Shown: piece by piece, positions 8,526 to 16,822 of the stretch
How the letters are laid out: each line of letters opens with the position of its first letter
How positions within the stretch are numbered: position 1 is the first letter of the stretch
Assembly: GCA_963662465.1 (NCBI GenBank)
Contig: OY759599.1
Location: 7,424,001-7,488,000 of the forward strand
Direction of reading: 5' to 3'
From: Desulfatiglandales bacterium
GTDB taxonomy: Bacteria > Desulfobacterota > DSM-4660 > Desulfatiglandales > Desulfatiglandaceae
Length of the DNA stretch: 64,000 nt
Position numbers and translations under genes: made by a program
Notes under the pieces: model-generated
Database searches by the model: none
What the model saw: the letters and a program-made list of their open reading frames with translations, nothing else
What the model was told of the DNA's origin: nothing

Positions 8526-9884
8526 ATGGAAATTGAACCAAAATTAAATAAACATTATGTACCTTCCGGGCAATACCGGATCGACGGTAAAAAACCGGAA
8601 ATTCTGGAAGCAATCCTGGGAACCTGCGTGGCGGTCTCCCTTTGCGATCGCCATGCCCATGTGGGCGGATTGATTCATTTGCTTCTGGCTGAGCCGCCCG
8701 ACATTCATGATACCTGGGAGCCCTTAATATATGCCAGGACGGGTCTCCCACTATTTATCCAGTCCCTGTGCGATGCCGGTGCCCGGATGGAAAGACTTGA
8801 AGCCCATATGGCCGGAGGGGCGCTTATGGGGCCTTTGTCTTCCACGGATCTAGCGCTTGATATCGGCGGCCATACGGTTGAGGTTGTTGAACAGATATTG
8901 AAAAGGGAAGGGATCAGCGTCATTAGAGGGGAAACAGGCGGTTTTTTTTCTTGCCGTTTGAACCTTAACCTGTGGTCGTTGGAAAGTCACATCGAACCCT
9001 TGGATACTCCGGGGAATGGGTTTCTGGAAAAACCCATTGAACGACCGACAAAAAGGGAGATTGAGGCGGCCATTAAACGGGTCCGTCCCATTCCTCAAAT
9101 CGTTCTGAAAATTATTCGGATGATACGAGATGTCAATGTCAGCATGAAGGACATTTCAGAAGAGTTGCGGAAAGACCAGGTTTTAAGCGCTAAGGTCCTC
9201 AGGTTATGCAATTCGGCGTTTCTCGGCAGTGGGCGGGAAATTGACGCCGTGGACAGGGCATTGGTTTTTTTGGGAGAAAAGCAGTTTTTACAGTTGATCA
9301 TCTCTTCTTCCGTGGAAGATTTCTTCCCGACCACCGAGAAGGGGTATTCTCTGTCCAAGGGGGGTATTTATAAACATGCCCTGGGAACCGCACTGGTTTC
9401 CGAGATGTTGGCAGACTTCGTTGGCGGGGTTCCCTCGGATATCGCTTATACGGCGGGTCTACTTCACGACATCGGAAAGGTTGTGCTGGATCAAAACATG
9501 GCATCCGCATACCCGTTTTTTTATCGACGCATCCGGGAGGACGGCGTGAACCTGATCGACGTGGAACGAGAAGAATTCGGCGTTGATCATGCCCGGCTGG
9601 GCGCCCGGTTGGGAAAAGAGTGGTCTCTGCCGGATAATCTGATCGATGTGATCCGATACCACCACAGCCCGGAGGCGGCCACCGTTGACCCCCGTTTATG
9701 TTACGTGGTGTATCTGGCCGATTTGATCATGTCGCAATTTCTGGCCGGGCAGGAATTGGAAAGACTGAACGCCAATGAATTGGGAACGCGGTTGGGGGCA
9801 ATGGGCATCAAGCCTGAACAACTCCCAGAAATTATTGACGGCATTCCCAGTCGGATTTTTCGTGATGCATCGCTGCATTTCTGA
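8526..9884 (+). CDS. CheD-HDOD fusion protein
   Basis: N-terminal CheD (ILGTCVAV...GGLIHLLL...AGGA...IG..T...ETGG) and C-terminal HDOD (DQVLSAKVLRLCNSAF, AGLLHDIGK, DHA.LG..L...W.LP, YHH.P). Confidence 0.88.
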   Translation: MEIEPKLNKHYVPSGQYRIDGKKPEILEAILGTCVAVSLCDRHAHVGGLIHLLLAEPPDIHDTWEPLIYARTGLPLFIQSLCDAGARMERLEAHMAGGALMGPLSSTDLALDIGGHTVEVVEQILKREGISVIRGETGGFFSCRLNLNLWSLESHIEPLDTPGNGFLEKPIERPTKREIEAAIKRVRPIPQIVLKIIRMIRDVNVSMKDISEELRKDQVLSAKVLRLCNSAFLGSGREIDAVDRALVFLGEKQFLQLIISSSVEDFFPTTEKGYSLSKGGIYKHALGTALVSEMLADFVGGVPSDIAYTAGLLHDIGKVVLDQNMASAYPFFYRRIREDGVNLIDVEREEFGVDHARLGARLGKEWSLPDNLIDVIRYHHSPEAATVDPRLCYVVYLADLIMSQFLAGQELERLNANELGTRLGAMGIKPEQLPEIIDGIPSRIFRDASLHF

Positions 9885-9914
9885 TTCAATCATCTTGCCC
9901 AATTCATCTATGGC

Positions 9915-10907
9915 TCACATGCCGGGCAAGCCCTTTCGAATCTTCTTTGAAAAGTCGGCCGTTGCATCTGCTGCCTTGGCCCGATTATTGATCATGCTTT
10001 TTTGTTTCAGCGCCTCAAATGGGAGGGATTGATTCAGCAAACCATTCTCATAGGCGAGTTCATCCACGCTGCCGTTGAGCAGAATGCGCCGGTCCCATTT
10101 GGTTTTTCCGGTGTAAGGACGAGTGTGACCGCGAATCTGCGTGGTGCAGTTGCCGGTGAGGGCATTGTACCATTCAGGATGGGCTTTCAGTCGATTGATA
10201 TAATGCAAGTAATTGAAGAATATGTCGCGAAAAACCTGGTTTGATCCCTCAATGCGATATAGGTAAACGATTTCCCCTTCTCGATAATGGGTGCGAAGAC
10301 GTACCAGGTCCCGTTCATCCGCCACCACATATATCAATTCATATTGCCGGAAGAACCCTTTGATGGTCGAGTAGCCTTCCCCCTTTTCTTTCCGGGTTTC
10401 GATGGAGATGCACAAATAATCGTCGCCCTGAAAACCAAAGCTGATCATGGTGTGGGAAATATATTTGATCCCCCAGTTCACCAGGTAGAGGTCAATATAC
10501 TTAAGTTTAGAAATGTCGAAAGTCTTGTCGTAATAGCGGACCGTATAATCGGTTTCGGTGCGGTAGTCGCAATTGCGGATGTTATGAACCGTTACCCGAT
10601 TCCCATCAATCTCGGCATATGGGAGGCACGCCACATCCGCCTGCCAGTCCCTGTTGTTGGAGGGTTTCATGGAAAGCCAACCCAGGAGGACGATGGCAAA
10701 GAGTCCGGAAAAGATCGCATATGCCAAACTCCTTGGATGCAGGAAAAGCAGAATTGCCAACTGGCAGAGGGCAAAGAATGCGGATAGGATGGGTCTGACC
10801 GGTTCCGGCAAAGAAGAGAAATAGATGGCCAGTATCCCCCATGCGGTCATTCCCGACAACACCAGCCAAAGTGCCATTTTGCCGATCACTACAAAGGTGA
10901 ATCTCAT
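9915..10907 (-). CDS. DUF4105 (Lnb N-terminal-like) membrane protein
   Basis: Three N-terminal TM helices, PSNNRDW, HTMISFGF, SIETRKE, YELIYVVADERD, YNALTGNCTT. Confidence 0.82.
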   Translation of the reverse strand: MRFTFVVIGKMALWLVLSGMTAWGILAIYFSSLPEPVRPILSAFFALCQLAILLFLHPRSLAYAIFSGLFAIVLLGWLSMKPSNNRDWQADVACLPYAEIDGNRVTVHNIRNCDYRTETDYTVRYYDKTFDISKLKYIDLYLVNWGIKYISHTMISFGFQGDDYLCISIETRKEKGEGYSTIKGFFRQYELIYVVADERDLVRLRTHYREGEIVYLYRIEGSNQVFRDIFFNYLHYINRLKAHPEWYNALTGNCTTQIRGHTRPYTGKTKWDRRILLNGSVDELAYENGLLNQSLPFEALKQKSMINNRAKAADATADFSKKIRKGLPGM

Positions 10908-11239
10908 AATTTTCCTGTGATTTCTATTTTTTTAACCGTTAACCGACAACTGTAAACCGTGAACAGTTACGTTGAGGCATCCATAATGGCAATTGTTGGA
11001 AAAAAAGACAAATGGAAAAGCATTCTGTAACTTTTTCCAATTGTTTGGATCTTTTTTTCCAGGGTCGTGGGTTTCCAGGGTTACGCTTCCAAGGGATTAA
11101 AACGTTGACAAAGAAAAGCAATAACCTTATTTTTTAGAGTATGTATGATCTTTTTGTTGTTTCAAATGTTTATCGCGTGGTTCGGGTGCGCTGGACGGCA
11201 CTTGGCGTTACGATCAACCCGGAGTTTGGAGGTAGTCTC

Positions 11240-13747
11240 ATGAAAAGTAATTTTCAGAAGACGTTGATTCGTCCTTATGTAATCCTTTCCTGGATGGGTT
11301 GTTTGACGCTGATTTTCCTCGCCGGCTTTGTTCTTCCCACATTTGCCGACGGCTTAAGGGTGGGGATGAACCTGAACAGCGTCGAAGACTGGATGCCGGA
11401 CCATGTTTTTGTGGATGTGTTCAAAAAATCCCGGGACTGGGTCACCCGGAATGCTGATGGCTCGGGCCCTTGGGACAGTGAAAAAGAAGTCTATATCCCA
11501 AGGGATGAATTCGGATGGCCTACCCAGATCCCCTTTACCCCGACCGATGGCGGTCCCTCCCAGATTGTTCACACGATTGTGACCGTCTTAAAGGGCGGGA
11601 CCTATGCCCTGTATTTTGAAGGTCGGGGGTCTTTTATGGTTGGCGGCAGCGGCGCGGGGTATCAGGCGGTTGCGGCGAATACGCCGGGGGAAAAAACAGT
11701 ACCCGTGGCGGTGGTGTTGGATGATGACGGGCAGGGGACCATCTGGATCCAAATTCAATCCACGGACGCAAGTGATTACCTTCGGAATTTCAGGATGATT
11801 ACCCCCGGTTTCGATGCCGCGTCCCTTTCCGATCCTTTTTATCCCGACTACAAGACAAAATTATCTGATTTCAGTCTGTTGCGGTTTATGGACTGGGGGA
11901 GGACCAACGCATCCCCGGTTCGATCGTGGAGCGACAGAACCCGGCCGGATCATAATACCCAGTGCCGGGAATCGGGGGTGGCTCTGGAGGTTATGATTCA
12001 GTTGGCCAATGACCTGAATAAAGATCTGTGGATTTGTATCCCTCATATGGCTGATGACGGGTTTGTGGAAGAGACCGCGCGGATGTTGAAAAACACGGTC
12101 TTACAGGGGCTCAAAATTTATGTGGAATATTCCAATGAAACCTGGAATACGGCGTATCCTTTTGGCGGGGACGGCATTGGCCAGACAGACTGGGTTCAGG
12201 ACCAGGGGGTTGCCATGGGGCTCGACAGCGACCGATGGCAGGCGGGGCAGAAATATGTGGCTTACCGTTCCGCACGGATCTGGCGGATTTTTGAAATCAT
12301 TTTTGGGACCGAAAGCGCCGACCGTCTGGTAAAGGTCATGGCAACTCAGTCCCATGGTACGGCCATTACCACCGCCCGGATGGAAGCGCTTCTGGATTTG
12401 TCCATAAACCCCTTTGCCGTGGCGCCTGATATTCTGGCGGTTGCCCCGTATTTTGGCGGTGGCGTGGCTGATGACTTGGTGGCGGAAGGGGTGGTGGACG
12501 TCATTATCGTTCCGGAAATCCTTGCCCGGGCCGCTTCTCATCTTCGGGAAGAGGTTTACGTCGATATCGCGGCTCAGAAGCAGCAGGCGGATGCCCATGA
12601 TTTATGGCTGGTAACTTATGAGGGCGGACAGCACCTGGTGGGCACATTGGGCAACGAAAACCATCAGGCTCTGACGGATAAGCTCATTGCCGCCAACCGC
12701 GATTCCGGCATGGGTGATCTTTATGTGGAATATCTGGACGCCCTCAATGATGCGGGCGTTGCGCTCTTTAGCAACTTTTCGTTTATTTCCGAGCCCTCCA
12801 AATGGGGTTCATGGGGCGTTTTGGAGTCTATCACTCAGGAAACCGGAACGGCCCCCAAATATCAGGCTTTGACGGACTGGATGACGGACAATGCCCCTTC
12901 AAATCTGGCCCCCAAAGCCAGGCCGCCGGAGGATATTGTCGCAATCGATACCGATGGCGACGGCGAGGAACCCGTGAGCCTGGATGGGACGCGATCCCGG
13001 GATCTGGACGGTACCCTCGTCCATTATGCCTGGTATGTCTCAGGATCTGAAATTGCAACCGGTTCGACCGCGATTGTTGTCCTGCCGGTGGGAACTTATG
13101 GTTTTGAACTTGAGGTTGTCGACAATGCCGGGGCAACGGACCGGGAATTATTCCAGGTGGTGATAGAATCATGTAGTGTGGCGTCGAATGATTTCTTGAA
13201 ATCGGATTTTACGGGGGTGGCGCCGGCGAATCATACCCCATGGACCCTGTCAAAAAATGTCGCGCCAGGTATCTCCTATGCAGGATGGACCCTGGGGTCC
13301 GGCGCCATGGCCTCGAATAGAGATGGCGTTTTCGCATATTTCATTAACAATGGGGCTGATCTTTCTACTCTGGCCGAGGCTGTCGCCACGAACCAGTACG
13401 CCTCAGTCCGTCTGGAGCCTGAAGCGGGATACGCTTTAGACCTTTCAGGCGCTCCGGTTCAGCTGACGGTTCGACGTTATGACAACCACGGGGGGCATCG
13501 CTATGCGGTGTTTTCCAGTATCAATGGTTTCGAAGTGGGGCACGAGCTGTTCGTTTCGGAGCATTTTGACAGTTGGCATACGGAAGATGCGGTGCTTGAA
13601 TTCAATCTTCCCGTCGATGGGTTCGCAAACATTCCGGGACCCGTGGAATTCAGGATCTATCCCTTCGAAGCCCAGTATTACGGAAAAGAGACCTCTGTAG
13701 CGGGTTTTGTTCTCCATGGCGCCATTCATGCGTCTGCACCGTTATGA
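11240..13747 (+). CDS. Secreted putative glycoside hydrolase-like ('cellulose-binding') protein with a PKD domain
   Basis: GGAGGT RBS before ATG 11240; signal peptide; LRFMDW, WICIPH, YVEYSNETWN, YEGGQHL, SKWGSWG; PKD motif LDGTRSRDLDG...YAW. Confidence 0.72.
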   Translation: MKSNFQKTLIRPYVILSWMGCLTLIFLAGFVLPTFADGLRVGMNLNSVEDWMPDHVFVDVFKKSRDWVTRNADGSGPWDSEKEVYIPRDEFGWPTQIPFTPTDGGPSQIVHTIVTVLKGGTYALYFEGRGSFMVGGSGAGYQAVAANTPGEKTVPVAVVLDDDGQGTIWIQIQSTDASDYLRNFRMITPGFDAASLSDPFYPDYKTKLSDFSLLRFMDWGRTNASPVRSWSDRTRPDHNTQCRESGVALEVMIQLANDLNKDLWICIPHMADDGFVEETARMLKNTVLQGLKIYVEYSNETWNTAYPFGGDGIGQTDWVQDQGVAMGLDSDRWQAGQKYVAYRSARIWRIFEIIFGTESADRLVKVMATQSHGTAITTARMEALLDLSINPFAVAPDILAVAPYFGGGVADDLVAEGVVDVIIVPEILARAASHLREEVYVDIAAQKQQADAHDLWLVTYEGGQHLVGTLGNENHQALTDKLIAANRDSGMGDLYVEYLDALNDAGVALFSNFSFISEPSKWGSWGVLESITQETGTAPKYQALTDWMTDNAPSNLAPKARPPEDIVAIDTDGDGEEPVSLDGTRSRDLDGTLVHYAWYVSGSEIATGSTAIVVLPVGTYGFELEVVDNAGATDRELFQVVIESCSVASNDFLKSDFTGVAPANHTPWTLSKNVAPGISYAGWTLGSGAMASNRDGVFAYFINNGADLSTLAEAVATNQYASVRLEPEAGYALDLSGAPVQLTVRRYDNHGGHRYAVFSSINGFEVGHELFVSEHFDSWHTEDAVLEFNLPVDGFANIPGPVEFRIYPFEAQYYGKETSVAGFVLHGAIHASAPL

Positions 13748-13775
13748 TATTGCCCTGATTCCAAGGTTTTCCGTC

Positions 13776-15533
13776 ATGAAAAACATGAAAAAAAGAATTC
13801 TTTACGCCGAGGCCAATTATCAGGCTATTGTCCGCGAAAACGGCTATTTTGTGGACAAGACAGCGTACCTTGCCAAACTGGAATCCGTGAAGAACCCGGT
13901 ATTTCTGCGGCCAAGACGGTTCGGGAAGTCACTCTTGTGCACCATGCTGGAGAGCTATTACAGCGTTCTTTTTAAGAACAAATTTGATGAACTCTTCGGA
14001 CATACCTGGATCGGCCGGAACCCGACGCCGCTGCACAATTCCTTTTTCGTGCTTCACCTGGATTTTTCCACTGTAGAAACCGGTGAAATGGCCGTCATGG
14101 AGGAAAGCTTTGACAGCACGGTTAACCTGGAACTGGAAAATCTTGTGCATCTGAACAGAAACCTGTTTAAGGATGCGGTAACCCTCAATCGGGAAAAGAG
14201 CGCGACCGATAATCTCAAGAAGGTTTTAAAATGTATCGCTCGTGAACACCTGCCGGAGCTTTACATTATCATCGATGAATACGACAACTTCGCCAATCAG
14301 CTCATCACCGGCCACAAGGATCAGCTCTACAGGCAGCTCATGGCGGATGAGGGATTTTTGAAGACTTTTTTCAAACTCTTGAAGGAAGGCCGAAAGACCG
14401 GGGCCGTTCACAATGTGTTCATCACGGGCGTGCTGCCCGTCACCATCGATGAACTGGCGTCCGGGTTCAATATTGCCAATTTCATCACCCTGGAGCCGGA
14501 TTTTGAGAACATGTTAGGGTTTACCCAGACCGAGGTGGATTATCTGCTGAATGAAATTTATCAGGATTATCAATTCGATCCGGCCACCCGGCCCGAAACC
14601 GACGCGGTCATCAAAAGCAACTACAACGGGTATCACTTTATCCATCCGGATGGAGAACCCGTGTACAATTCCACCATATTGATCTATTTTCTCAACTACT
14701 TCACGAGATACGGCGAATATCCGGAATATCTGACCGACCTGAATCTCAAAACCGATTTGATGCGGGTGCGGCGCATCACCGGTTCAAATCCGGAAAACAC
14801 CAAAGAATTTGTGGATCAGCTTCTCCTTGAGGGAAGCATTGGATTCGACAAAATCTATTTGATCTCCAAATTCAATATGAGCCGGTTTTTTGAAAAGAGC
14901 TTTTTCCCCATCTCCTTTTTTTACCTGGGCATGTTGACCAGGAAAGACGAATTCAGCCTTACCCTTCCCAATCTGAATATGCGCCGGATATTTGTGGAAT
15001 ATTTTAATGAACTGCACCATATTGATGTATCCACCCGCTACAGAGAGATCATGCAGAACTTTGTCAATGATCTCGATTTGCAGGTCCTGTTTGCGGGATA
15101 CTGGAAAGAATACGTTTCTCAGCTCCCCGAGGCGGTCTTTCAACAGGTCAATGAAAATTTCTATCGTACCACCTTCTATGAACTGTGCAGCCGCTACCTA
15201 TCCAAGTGGTTCGTATGGAATGTGGAGCGCTCCTACCCAAAAGGCCGCACGGATCTGGAATTTGTGGGCAAATACAGTGAGTGTTTTGCCGGGGTTCGCA
15301 TGGTGATTGAATTTAAATATTTCAGTAACACGGAATTCAAAAAATTCAAAACCGCCATCGATGATTTTGAACCGCGGGAGGAAGACACAACGCAGATTGC
15401 CGGCTATGTGGAAGGGTTGAATCAGGAATATCCTGAAGCAAAGGTATCTCGGCATGTGATTTACTGTGTCGGAAATCAGGGGTTCCGGGTGTTTGACCTG
15501 ACCCATAATTCCCCAGAATCTTCTACTTCTTGA
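13776..15533 (+). CDS. AAA-ATPase-like protein with a C-terminal PD-(D/E)XK nuclease
   Basis: YFVDKT, RPRRFGKSL (Walker A), IIIDEYD (Walker B), FITGV, YNGY, then GRTDL...VIEFKY. Start set at ATG 13776 (alternative 13785). Confidence 0.88.
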   Translation: MKNMKKRILYAEANYQAIVRENGYFVDKTAYLAKLESVKNPVFLRPRRFGKSLLCTMLESYYSVLFKNKFDELFGHTWIGRNPTPLHNSFFVLHLDFSTVETGEMAVMEESFDSTVNLELENLVHLNRNLFKDAVTLNREKSATDNLKKVLKCIAREHLPELYIIIDEYDNFANQLITGHKDQLYRQLMADEGFLKTFFKLLKEGRKTGAVHNVFITGVLPVTIDELASGFNIANFITLEPDFENMLGFTQTEVDYLLNEIYQDYQFDPATRPETDAVIKSNYNGYHFIHPDGEPVYNSTILIYFLNYFTRYGEYPEYLTDLNLKTDLMRVRRITGSNPENTKEFVDQLLLEGSIGFDKIYLISKFNMSRFFEKSFFPISFFYLGMLTRKDEFSLTLPNLNMRRIFVEYFNELHHIDVSTRYREIMQNFVNDLDLQVLFAGYWKEYVSQLPEAVFQQVNENFYRTTFYELCSRYLSKWFVWNVERSYPKGRTDLEFVGKYSECFAGVRMVIEFKYFSNTEFKKFKTAIDDFEPREEDTTQIAGYVEGLNQEYPEAKVSRHVIYCVGNQGFRVFDLTHNSPESSTS

Positions 15534-16437
15534 CGATGTTGACGCCGTGCTGCTTCAGCGATTCAGCCAACGCTTCATAATGGGTTGGATCATCAAAAAC
15601 AAAGGTTTCGGCTTCCGTATCCAGGAGATCGAAAATGGAATGCGTCCCCTTCAAAAGATCAACGGCGCCCCCCACAACGCCCCCTAAGACGCTGCCGATG
15701 CTTTTCTTTGGCTCTTTCTGTCCCTGCATTTTTTTCTTCAATTCTTTCATCTCTTCCGTTGACGCTTTAAAACGCTTGACGACTGTCATGACCGAGGAGT
15801 TTTTGGCTTCGCTTTTATTGCCGATCAGTCGCCCGCTCGATTTGCTTAACAGGTTCATGGTTTGTTCATAGGCCTGAACCAGATAAGAAGGCGACAGCAG
15901 TTCCACATGATCGACCATCAGGAGGGGGTATGCCGCCAATTCTTTCGGAGGCCCCCGAAATCCCAGCCGTTTCATGGCAATTGTCCCGATTTGCGATCCG
16001 ATAAACGTCCCTGCGGCGATGGGTATCCATAGGCCGGTACTGATTTCGGCGAGGGCGGCCAGGGCTGCTGCCGCACCTCCGGCGGACCAGCCCACCGCCC
16101 ATCCGGCACGGGCGCCCGCCAGTTCCCCGAGGTATTGCAAAGTTTTCTCCACGCCTCGGGATCTGATCATTTGTACGCCCAAAAGATCCATGATGGTTTT
16201 TGGAAACCACAAAATCCCATGATCCAGTGAAAAGGCCACGACGCCTCCCGATGCGGGGGCGAAGGTGAGGCGGTCTTCTTTCAACCCAAAATGAAGGAGT
16301 GTGGCCAGGATTTCAGGAGAGCCGGGCAAATCCTCAGGTAAAAACAGCCCGTTTTCAATGGCAATCATTTCTTTCGTCAACTCCGATGGTCTTGATGAGA
16401 ATGGGGAAAGGATAAATAGCAGGCTTATTATTGTCAA
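15523..16437 (-). CDS. Hypothetical protein with Gly/Ala-rich glycine-zipper-like segments
   Basis: 304-aa ORF filling the gap; AGARAGWAVGWSAGGAAAA and VLGGVVGGAV segments. Start uncertain. Confidence 0.6.
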   Translation of the reverse strand: MTIISLLFILSPFSSRPSELTKEMIAIENGLFLPEDLPGSPEILATLLHFGLKEDRLTFAPASGGVVAFSLDHGILWFPKTIMDLLGVQMIRSRGVEKTLQYLGELAGARAGWAVGWSAGGAAAALAALAEISTGLWIPIAAGTFIGSQIGTIAMKRLGFRGPPKELAAYPLLMVDHVELLSPSYLVQAYEQTMNLLSKSSGRLIGNKSEAKNSSVMTVVKRFKASTEEMKELKKKMQGQKEPKKSIGSVLGGVVGGAVDLLKGTHSIFDLLDTEAETFVFDDPTHYEALAESLKQHGVNIVKK

Positions 16438-16488
16438 CCGGAATTTTCCGCCATACTTGGGACTGCGTCAGGTTTGGAAGATGTACTG

Positions 16489-16584
16489 TCATGGGAAAAG
16501 CTTCCACAAGAGCTTGACGGCAACTGCCAGCAACACCACCGCGAACATCTGTTTAATCCATCGGGCCTTCATCTTCTCTTTTTT
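16489..16584 (-). pseudogene. Probable 3' remnant of a TauE/SafE sulfite-exporter family gene
   Basis: Reads KKEKMKARWIKQMFAVVLLAVAVKLLWKLFP*, resembling the last TM helix of TauE proteins. Begins right after the fmdE remnant stop. Confidence 0.45.
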
Positions 16585-16586
16585 GG

Positions 16587-16796
16587 CTACTCACCATATT
16601 TGGAACAGGAAATACAAACAACCTTTCCATCAGTCCCCATTCGGAGCTTGTTGACAAATGTGACTTCTCCACAGTTATCACAGCGTTTGGCTTCGAAAAC
16701 CCCCTTGCCCGGTTTAAAATCCACCGTGTGGACTTCGCCAATATCCAGAAACTGGGTTTCGGGCAGGCCTTCAGTCCTTTTTTCAAATGCCTTCAT
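16587..16796 (-). pseudogene. C-terminal zinc-finger fragment of an FmdE family protein
   Basis: LPETQFLDIGEV...FEAKRCDNCGE.TFVNK......GKVVCISC. The N-terminal FHGHxC domain is absent. Confidence 0.65.
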
Positions 16797-16822
16797 GGGT
16801 AGAGACTGATTCGCCGAGGCCT

